Shown: positions 1-9,328 of the stretch, in pieces | Position numbering within the stretch: the stretch's first letter is position 1 | How the letters are laid out: the number at the start of each line of letters is the position of its first letter | Source of the DNA: Dipteris shenzhenensis | Lineage: Eukaryota | DNA length: 28,000 bases | Strand: one strand, 5' to 3' | NCBI GenBank assembly: GCA_047967505.1 | Contig: CM106538.1 | Made by a program: the position numbers and the translations under genes | Notes under the pieces: model-generated | Database searches by the model: none | What the model was told of the DNA's origin: nothing | What the model saw: the letters and a program-made list of their open reading frames with translations, nothing else

Positions 1-321
1 GATCCACAATTTCGATGCTTAAGAGGAAGGCACCCACACTTACTTCCAAGCTTACACTTAAGAGGAATGCACCCACACTTACTTCCAAGCTTAAAGGAGA
101 AGAGGGCGAACAAGGAAGAGAAGCAACTTGAGAGCAACTTTGAAAAAGGAGAAGAGCCTTCCATACCTCTATCCAAGGTAAGTCTTTTTGCAGTTGATCT
201 TTTTTGGAAGTCTTCTCTCTTTGGATTTGTACTTTCTCGTATCCAAAAAACGCATGATTTGGGTATCAGTGTTACGTTTTTGTGTCGGGCACATGTCCTT
301 TTCTACTTTTTAGAAAAGTTC

Positions 322-495
322 GTCTATCAAAGCGGGTCTATAGGCGTGTCTCAGAGCGCGTCTAAAACTGCATCTACAGGCGCATTTAGATGCGTGTCTA
401 GGATGTTTGCAGACACAGACAGTCGCATCTATAGACGCATTGTTATACATAAAAATAGACGCGCTAGTTAGACGCATCTATAGACGCGCTCTGAC
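322..495. repeat. Cluster of degenerate GCGTCTATAGACGC-like palindromic motifs in the first intron
   Basis: e.g. gggtctataggcgtgtct, gcatctatagacgcat, gacgcatctatagacgcg; the same motif occurs at 1905-2200. Confidence 0.7.
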
Positions 496-569
496 AGTAG
501 TCCTCTCTTCCCTTCCCCTTTCTTCTCAGCTCATCAGTAATCATCTTTTTTTCTTTTTTCCAGTTCATC

Positions 570-1600
570 ATGTGGCCAAGAAGCGCTTCAAGCTCACCTA
601 ATCTCCAGGAGTCTATTTTTAGGGACTTATATAACCTTTTAGGGCACCCTCCTAGTCCTGCGAAGTTATACGGGTATATGATGGGTACTCTAAACACCCC
701 CCAAGAGTTGGCACTACATACTCCAAACCACCCCACACCAGCTGAGATCACCCCAGCGGAGTCAGCACAACCCAGCTGGCTACACAGCGTGGGTCCATCT
801 CCCATGCCGTCTTATGCCCCTTCCCCCATGCTGTCTTATGCCCCTTTCGCCATGCCGTCTTATGCCCCTTCCCCCATGCCGTCAAGAGGTCCTTCTGTCT
901 CACAGAGCTATCGGCGTACTCCTGTGTAGTCGAGACTCGGTTCTCTAGCTACGAGTGGTCCACGTAGTCCCGTGCAGTCTCCAGCTACGAGTGGCCAGCG
1001 TACTAGCTTGACACGACATGGTAGCAGGCATAGTAGCAGGGAGAGCGGTGGGGGATGCATGGCACAGTGCTTTGGGAGGGGTGGCAGTGGGGATGATGAT
1101 GATTTAGATGATTTAGATGTGCCTCCAGGTGATGGTACAATATTCTATGACATCACTCAGATAGGAGGCATCTTGATGGATGCACGGTGGAAGGACATCA
1201 TGGCCTTCATGCGCTCTGTAATTGCTAACAATTACAGAGATTGCTTTATCCACTACAAAGACCAACCAAAGAGGTTGGCTGATGAGACCCTCGCTGCTCT
1301 TTGATCTAGGTATCCTAACCCCCCCAATCGCTAGTTCATAGATAAATGGGCCAAGTCAAAGATTGTTACGATACTTGGCACTGAAAGATCTTCACTTAAG
1401 AGGCAGGCACTAGCGGAGCTTGCCAGGCTCGAGGGAGGTCAGCCACCAAGGGGCCCGCCCCACACCACTCACAAGCATGAGTGGAAGAAAGCAATGAAGT
1501 CAGCGAGGGAGGACCCCAGTCTGCAGCACGTGAAGCCATGAAGGATCCAGATGGAGCAATATGGAAGCGTGCATTTTGGAGCAGGGGGTGTTGTAATGCT
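570..1600 (+). pseudogene. Decayed transposon accessory protein (CACTA ORF2/Transposase_24-like)
   Basis: ORFs 570-929 and 972-1304 share a frame and continue through stops: SRYPNPPNR*FIDKWAKSKIVTILGTERSSLKRQA...HEWKKAMK...QYGSVHFGAGG. The N-terminus is Pro/Ser-rich with ~4x 24-bp MPSYAPSP repeats. Upstream donor AAG|GTAAGT at 178 and acceptor TTTTTTCCAG at 562. The family call rests on recalled motif resemblance (W...H-x-G-x-GG) only. Confidence 0.5.
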
Positions 1601-1904
1601 AGCTACTCTTTTTTGTACTTAAAGCCACTGGCTTGGCTTCGTGCCTCTTGTATATACACTCCTCTTATTTTTTGTACTTGAAGCCACATGACGTGGCTTA
1701 GCTTTGTGCTATATGTACATACAAGCACTTTTTGAGCTTTGAATTTTATTGTGTTTTGGAGTTGTAATGTTTTATTTGGAATTGTAATTAAAATGCGGTT
1801 GGCTATAAGAATTGAATTACACAATGTAAAAATGGGATTCTTGTAACTATATAGCATACACAACATACATAGCATTCTGTAAATTTTAAAAAAAATATTA
1901 TAAA

Positions 1905-2200
1905 GCGTGTCTATCAGTGCATCTATATACGCGTCTGTCTGTTCGAGAAGCGTTTATTTGCGTGTCTATAAACGCATTTATAAAACCGTTTAAAAACACG
2001 TCTATACATGTGTTTAACTTTTCTAAATTTTTAAGCAGAGCATCTATTTATGTGTCTAAATGCACGTCTATATGCGCGTGTCTACTATATAGACGCGCTG
2101 TTAGATGCCGGTCTCTAGATTCAAAAATAGACGTGCAAATAGACACACCCGGAAGTTTTTTATTTAGTTTAATAAACGCGTCTGTGTGCACGTCTGTAGG
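1905..2200. repeat. Subterminal repeat cluster (CGCGTCTAT/ATAGACGCG variants)
   Basis: More than 10 degenerate copies (gcgtgtctat, cgcgtctgt, cacgtctat, atagacgcg, atagacgtg) immediately before the CACTA-like terminus. Confidence 0.7.
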
Positions 2201-2301
2201 TGCTTTGTCTTGTTGTGTATCACTACTCAAATCAACCCAATGTCAATATGTAGTACGTGTGGGCGTGTCTTGGAGTGTGTTTCTTTGTGTATGTAATTCT
2301 T

Positions 2302-2327
2302 AGAGAGAGAGAGAGAGAGAGAGAGAG
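2302..2327. repeat. (AG)n microsatellite
   Basis: Perfect AG run of about 13 units. Confidence 0.95.
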
Positions 2328-3469
2328 ATCAACTCGACCAATGGTTGATTTGCGAAGCTTAGCCATTGTGTCAACAACCTATGCTTATGCTATCATTTGT
2401 CAAATTGACCCAAGGTCGATTTGTATAGTATGTGATGCTGGAATATCCATCATTAGCTCTCATCTATTTTGCCCTAATTGCAAAAATACCCTAAATAATA
2501 AGCTCCGAAGCACGTGATTACTCCAAGACTCTACCAATCGATCAAGCCCTGAATCACTTGAACATGATCACATGGACATGAAATCATTGCTAAATATTAT
2601 TTAATCCTAGTGTCACCATGAGGTCACCATCATGAATACAGAAACAAGCTTTAGTAATCCTAGGGTCAACACTTCAATTGATTGGCTGTTAGAGCCTACC
2701 TTGTCAAATAAGGGAACAAGAGTTGTGGCATTAAGGCCTATGTATTATCCAAACTGAGTCCAGACCATATTATCATGGTGTTGGTATGGTGTATTTTAAA
2801 CCCATCATTCAATAAGGTTTAATGCTTGTTTAATGTGCATAAAGGTAAGGTGAAAGTGTTGTGTGGCTCTAACCACGAGGGTCCAGTACCATCCAAGTGA
2901 CTGGTTTCAACCAATGAGAAGCCACCCACCACCCAAGATGGCAAACCATCTAGTCTCTCCACCTCTCTTATATGACCACTTTTGTAATTTCCCTAATATC
3001 CTATTGTATTAAACGAACTACTACCATTATTTCCCTCTTATTTCCTATGTATGACCTCAAACCTTTTTTACAACTTTATGTTGCTAAATTAATAATGCTA
3101 ATAAATAATGTTACCTATCTAGTAGGCTTAGAAATGCTATCACCTACCTCTATCCTATAAGAATAAAAGTTTGTTACTCAACCTTAGGCTAGTTAATAAA
3201 GAATTTTTCTGGTTAGTCTTAAACTAGAAGGGATTTTTAGTCCCTTTTCCAAGATCAAGAGTTGCCATCAATAGTTTCTAATCAAAAAGGATTAGAGAGG
3301 AAAAACTGTGGATTTGAGAGTAATAGTTTATCCAAGTAGACTAGGGATTTCGACCCTTCTTTAAAGTTTTGGGCTCATATTATGCCATAGGACATAAACC
3401 ACTCTTCCTAAAGAGTTTCCAAATGTCCATGTTGCATGCTAAGAGCTTCTCTCAAGCTTCTGAAACTTT

Positions 3470-4105
3470 TGTAATTTACATGGTCGGGGGGTTGACCTAA
3501 CATATATGTAAGTTAGCACGTGCGTTCAAGTGATGGGGTTTTTTAATTAAAAAATTTAAGATAAATTTACAGAGATACATTTACATATGGGGTTTTTTTA
3601 AGTAATTTTTTAAAAATACCCATTAAGTTCATAAAGAAAAAGGGGTCATTTGATTCATGAAAATAATTTAGGAAAGGGATTTTGTTAATACCCTATGAAT
3701 GCATGTTATACATAGGGTTTCTTAGTAGGTGCACTCCTGAGTTTACACTACCCTTTTGTATTTTAAGATCTACACCTTAATTTACTTCCTTATGTATATA
3801 TAAGTCTATAAGTTATTGGAATTAATAAAGACCCATTTGTGAACTCACATGATAGGGTTACATATGCCCCCCCCCCCTTGTAATTTACACTGTCGAGGGG
3901 TTCACCTAATATATATGTAAGTTAACGCATGTACAAAAATACATTTAGAGAGGGGGTTTTTAAAAGTAAAATTTTAAAAATACCCATTAAGTTCGTAAAG
4001 AAAAAGGGGTCATTTAATTCATGAAAAATATTTTTAACATATACCCCTTAATTTACTTCCTTATGTATATATAAATCTATAAGTAATGGAATTAATAAAG
4101 ACCCC
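3470..4105. repeat. Imperfect direct duplication of an AT-rich segment (~3470-3835 vs ~3879-4105)
   Basis: Shared blocks in the same order: tgtaatttaca..gtcg.gggg tt.acctaa.atatatgtaagtt; aaaatacccattaagttc.taaagaaaaaggggtcattt; ttaatttacttccttatgtatata..gaattaataaagaccc. Confidence 0.8.
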
Positions 4106-5576
4106 CCTCGCTCCCCCCCAAGTTTTTGACTCCTATATTAGTTTATATTTTATAAATAAAAAACATCATTTTTCTCTATAAGTTTTTTTAAATGATAAGC
4201 CCTCTTAAATATATTTCTATTGAAAACATGATTTAAAAATATTATTCTATTTGAATGCTTTTGATAGCCATATTTTTTATTTGTGACCACCTCCGAGGTG
4301 TAATAACCTCTTATTACCTTTAGCATAAACAATTTTTGAAACATGAAAATAAAAATAAGTGTACGAGGAATTAATTCCTACACTCCCAATGCAACAGGTT
4401 GTGGATGGGATGGTAATTGAAATGCTAAGAAGGGTGGGAAGTCACGCTCCTTGCACTAGCTAGTAAAAAAAATAAAAATAAAATGAATATTGTGTTTCCA
4501 ATACTCTTCTCTTTTCTCTTTTAAAGAACAAAGGAAAAATATGAAGATTAAAGCCTTCCATAATCTTGCCTTTTCTAATCATGCACTCATTTAGGCCAAT
4601 AGTCATTGCACTAAAATTATCATAGGAATCTTTATGTCTTCACTAGAACTTCATGTTCCCATGAGGCATGCTTATGTATACCATGATAGTGATCCAAAAT
4701 AATCACACTTGAGATACCACATCTTCTATCTCTAACCAAATTATTTAAAAGAAAAAGTAATCCAAAATCATCACAACAATACCTTCATTATAGAACCAAA
4801 TGATTTGAAAAGGGAGAAATATTATGTACTAAAAATTTTGAGATATACATACATCTCAAAGCTCATTTATAGATAATATCTCACAAATGCTAGTCTCAAG
4901 TCTCATGCTCTCACCCAAGCACCAAGGGATCCAACCATGACCATGCCAAATTAAAGAGAGAATGGAGGTTACGTGAGGATGGAAGAGTAGGCTCGAAGAG
5001 GGAGATGAAGCTCAAATGGTGGCTTGGATTATGCAAACTAAGCCTCCTCAAAAAATATCTTTGCTAGGTGAATGGGTTTGCATGTGCATGGATGTGGCCT
5101 TGCCCTTATCTATTTCTATAATATATTTTAATATATACTTCACATAATAAGGCATTACTCTTGGCTTCACCTATTTCATTAATTTTGGACTAGTGCACTG
5201 TCCAAATTCATTTTGTGATATAATTTTGGATAAAGCATTTCAAAAAAAGAGGCTCTTATAAAACAAAACTTTGAGTCAAAAAGTAAGATTTTGAAAAAGC
5301 AAATTAGAAAAAATGACGTGACATGTTATTAAAACTAGAGTACATTAAAAAAAGAGAACTTCATGTTGTTAAAAGAGACAAAAAGTAAGATTTTAAAAAA
5401 TCAAATTAGAAAAAAAACTAGAGTACATTTAAAAAAAAGCATGACACATTTGTACAAGAAGTAGATCATATAACTCAAAGCCATATGGTGTTAAAAAACA
5501 CCTTCCATTAGCTCAGCCTAGAAGATGTCATCTTTGTCTCTCTTGTCTATTACAACTTTACATTAGAGAACTAAAA

Positions 5577-5722
5577 AGTCTTTGTGGAATTGTAGTTTCA
5601 TTTCTTGTCTATTACAATTACTTTAGAAAACACATAAGTCTAATTCCAACTAAGAAGTCTTTGTGGAACTGTAGTTTCATTTCTTGTCTATTACAGTTAC
5701 TTTAGAAAACACATAAGTCTAT
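5577..5722. repeat. ~64-bp direct duplication
   Basis: gtctttgtggaa(t/c)tgtagtttcatttcttgtctattaca(a/g)ttactttagaaaacacataagtct at ~5577 and ~5657. Confidence 0.85.
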
Positions 5723-5790
5723 GGAATTAAATTTCACAGTTACTTTAAATTTCTATGGAATTAAATTTCCATCACTTGACTATTAAGTCA

Positions 5791-6247
5791 TTAGAGAGAG
5801 CATATGTCCTCGAAAGTGCCTACTATGGCATTGGCTTCATGAAAACAAGCAGACTTTAAACTTGCAGGCCATGCGTAACCAAGGCTGGCATCGCAAATCT
5901 CCTCACAGACTCTCCTCACAACTTGTTTTGAATCTTCCGCCGACTTGTAAGCATTCAACAACTCTTATTTTCTCTCTTGGCTTTCCTCATCTTCGCCATT
6001 TTTTTCAATACAGCTTCTAGCCACCGCCATATCCTGTACGAAAATTTAACTCGTTCGCATAAGAAGTATGTGATTAAAAGAAGCAAAAAAGAAAGCTAAG
6101 GATATTCACCTCTTCTGCTGAGTTCAAATCAAGCAGCCATGTGTGTAACATATCCTCCTCGAATGATTTTCCCTTCATTGGTCCATATAAAAGAGATCTA
6201 AGACAGAATTTGAGTTCAGTAAATGAAGTCGGGTAGTAACTAGTCAT
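5791..6247 (-). pseudogene. Small two-exon gene of unknown function (~126 codons, one premature stop)
   Basis: Exon 1, 6247-6110: MTSYYPTSFTELKFCLRSLLYG...LNSAEE. Then a 76-bp phase-0 intron GTGAAT...TTTTCGTACAG (6109-6034). Exon 2, 6033-5791: DMAVARSCIEKNGEDEESQERK*ELLNAYKSAEDSKQVVRRVCEEICDASLGYAW...DICSL*. The premature TAA is at 5967-5965. Confidence 0.5.
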
Positions 6248-6926
6248 TGTCTTAGAGGGAAAGTGGGAGAAGGAGAGTGAGGGAGCAATAGCGAGGGACG
6301 CACAGTGAGCTGTCCCTCCTTCAAGAGTGATAGAAAGTGAGGAAAGACATAAAGTGAAAGATGAATACAAGTTAATCAGAAGGACTAGGATGTAAGAAAT
6401 AAGAGAGTGTTTGTGGAAGGACTATGATGGAAGATTACAAGTGCACTAAGGCATGATGTGTTCGCTATGATAAGGATAAGGGTTGGAATAAAGTGAGAAG
6501 CATTGGAAATGCTCTACTTTAAGTGAGTGTGGAGACTGTCCAACTGAATAAAATTTTGCAGAGCATTGGGAATGCTGTACTTTAAGTGAGTGGAGCATTG
6601 GGAATTGATACTTTGCCATGAAATATATTACAAATATTAGGTCATCACATATTCATATCAAAATTCTCATCACAGAAGGTTTTATTTCCTAATAATCACA
6701 TCATCACACATTCATATCATAAAATTGTGTGCATGAAATAAATATATAAATATCATGACTAAATGCCACTTAAGTAATAAGTCAGAAATTGGTGTATAAT
6801 CAACAAAAACTACATCATGATTCATACATTGCAACAAATAAATGTCAACCATAATATTCATGGAGTAAACAACATCATGAGAATATGCTCCTCATGCATA
6901 TATACAAACACAACATCATACATGCA

Positions 6927-8856
6927 TCACAACTCTTCTGATGCTTCTAGTGGAGACTGTGGCAACTCTTCTGATGCTTCCAATGGAGGCTGTGGTGCTC
7001 TAGATGTACACTCAGTCTCTACTTCTTCTGTAGTATGTAGTGCTCTAGATGTACACTCAGTCTCTACTTCTTCTGTAGTATGTAGTGCTTTTGGAGTAGA
7101 CTCAGTATCCTCTTTCTTAAATGCAAGCGGAGGCTATGGCAACTCTTCTGATGCTTCCAGTGGAGGCTGTGGTGCTGTAGGTGTACACTGAGCCTCTACT
7201 TCTTTCTAGTGTGCAGTGCTTTCACAGTAGACTCAGTCTCCTCTTCCTTAAATGCAAGCTTTGATACTGCTTCAGTTGCACATTGTATTCTAATGGCAGC
7301 AATTAGGTCTCGAATGATTTCAGCCCTAAACAATTGTATATCCTCCTCTGAATATTTGAGCTCCAAAGAGTCTTCTGATGAGATCTGTGGCTTAAGTGAG
7401 AAAATTTCTTTGAAAATCAACATGCAGTTGTAGGCAACTCTCCACCCACAACTATGCCCATCTTCCTGCTCTACTACTAAATGCTTTTGGAAGTCTACCG
7501 AGTCTTTGTACTGTCCTATTTCTCTGATAGCAAATACCAACTTCTCAATCGACCTGCTCATCATGACATATTAAAAAAACTTAGTGTGTCTATTACATAA
7601 GGTACATAATATAGAAGTAACAACAAATTAATAGAATACTTACATTTGCACTGAGCCATGAAAGCCTGCAATCGAGTTAACAAACCTACAATAGTTGTCT
7701 TCAAGGTCCCAAACCACCAGACTCCAATGTTCCCTACACAAATAATTAAGAACCATTATTATTTAACACAATGTTGCCAGTTTAAGACGAAAATAAAGGT
7801 TGCCATGATACTTACATCTCGTGATATGCCATAAATAGGACTCACACGCCATGTAAATGTAAAGGCTGTAACCATTTACAAACATCGGCTATCGTCTTTC
7901 TGCTATCGCTAAGTATAGGAGAAAGGAGGGAATCCAACATATACACACGGTTTTGTACGGCTCTACCAAATCGTGAGATAACTATACTGCACCAACAAAT
8001 AAATGAATATTAGCTTATTAGATTTAGTCAAAATATTGAATTATCAAGCAGAGAAAAATTTTGTATCAAACCTGAGAATGGCCATCATAACATTGTTATT
8101 GACCTCATTTGAAGCTCTAGAGAGGATTGAAATCTCCTCTCCCCCAAATTCAAGATGTTAAATCATAACCTTAACATTAAAAGAGCTTCCCAATTCTTCC
8201 AATGAAGCCATGTTTGTAGAGTTGAGGTCTTCTATCCCCTTTGACTCTTTGACGGCATTCATTTCGCACTCCTCTGAGCCATTATCTATTTGCCTTGTGG
8301 AAGGGTCCATAATGTCGCCCTTAATGATTGCTCGAATGGTACATGTTATAAATGCATAGAGATGCAAATCCGTATATGTTGATAGTGTGGTGTCATTTTG
8401 TATCTCAAAAATTTGACCAAGTACCAAAAAGCAATTGTAGCCCACCCTCCGTCCACAATTATAGATGTGGCTATTCTCTTGATGTGATACCTGACATGTT
8501 ATATACTCTATTTGTTGTGCCAAGTCACATTGCCGCATTACTATGTCGATAGCACCTACATTAGCTTTTTGGGTTTAATCAAAATAAGCAAAGTATAAAG
8601 CCAAGGAAAAGGCTGCATCAAACCTGAGGATGGTTGTAATGACTTTGACATTAACCTCTTTCTTAGGATTCAAGAGGATTGAAATCTCTTCTTCACCAAA
8701 TTCAAAAAAATGAGGTTGTTGTCGAATTAACAACATAGCGGTGAATGAACTTCCAATCTGCTCCAATAGATTCATATTTTCATGACTCATCTTATTGAGA
8801 GAGTAGTCTACATTGTATTCTTCTTCACTTGCTATGTCTTCTACATCCTCCTTCTG
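6927..8856 (-). pseudogene. Ulp1/SENP-like cysteine protease (peptidase C48, clan CE), spliced, with a duplicated partial module
   Basis: Spliced translation: ...EISILSRASNEVNNNVMMAIL | IVISRFGRAVQNRVYMLDSLLSPIL...VCKWLQPLHLHGV*VLFMAYHE | EHWSLVVWDLEDNYCRFVNSIAG... | ...VVEQEDGHSCGWRVAYNC. This places the HW motif and Q-x-DG-x-x-CG motif in C48 order. Donors are GTTTGA and GTAAGT. There are in-frame stops and an acidic repetitive C-terminus (ALHTTEEVETECTSR and PPLEASEEL repeats). Confidence 0.8.
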
Positions 8857-8916
8857 CTATAAAAATATAAAAAAGTTATGCGATGTACACATCCCAAATA
8901 AAGGCTTAAACAAGGA

Positions 8917-9230
8917 GATAAGGTTTCATACATGCTTTCATTAGAGTGAGTCTCTCCTCCGCTTGGAGCAAAAATTTAAAAAGTAAGGTTTCATACATGC
9001 TTTCATTAGAGTGAGTCTCTCCTCGTCATGGAGGAAAATTTTAAAAAGTTATGAGATTTACACATCCTAAATAAAAATAAAGGTTTAAATAATCATAGAA
9101 GTATAAAGATAGCATGCTTTCATTAGACTCAGTCTCTTCTCCTCTTGGAGGAAAATATAAAAAAGTTATGAGATTTACACATCCCAATTAAAGGCTTGAA
9201 CAAGCATACAAGTATAAAGATAAGGTTTTA
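8917..9230 (-). repeat. Three short repeats, probably duplicated micro-exons plus intron at the 5' end of the Ulp1-like gene
   Basis: catgctttcattaga(gtg/ctc)agtctc..ctc at ~8931, ~8996 and ~9113. On the minus strand these read GAGGAGAGACTCACTCTAATGAAAGCAT, followed by a GTATGA donor in two copies. The flanking aaaagttatg.gat.tacacatcc also repeats. Confidence 0.55.
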
Positions 9231-9328
9231 TCTCTATAAGACACCACGTTTTGATTCATTTCACCCATTCTTAGCCATTCTTGCCTCCTCATCACTTTGT
9301 CACACCTTCCATCCTACTTTCATTGAGA

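Larger units (their letters stand above)
1..2217 (+). mobile_element. 3' portion of a CACTA/EnSpm-like DNA transposon (left end outside window)
   Basis: Ends in TCTTGTTGTG (2208-2217). Its reverse complement CACAACAAGA is one mismatch from the CACTACAAGA terminus of CACTA elements. It is preceded by ~300 bp of subterminal (GCG)TCTATAGACGC-type repeats in both orientations and contains a decayed accessory-type ORF. TAT (2218-2220) would be the 3-bp TSD but its partner is not visible. Confidence 0.55.

Noticed and set aside
67-471. 134-aa ORF as a gene
   Set aside because: Runs through a strong splice donor at 178 into repeat-rich intron-like DNA; no recognisable protein
2221-2232. CACTAC as the start of a second CACTA element
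   Set aside because: The match is only 6 bp and is not followed by subterminal repeats or a matching end
2330-3460. Possible LTR or other retroelement fragment
   Set aside because: No diagnostic termini, duplicated partner or coding motif could be identified by eye
4441-4465. Helitron 3' end (…CTAGCTAG|T)
   Set aside because: CTAG followed by T is present, but there is no convincing GC-rich hairpin upstream and no Rep/helicase sequence
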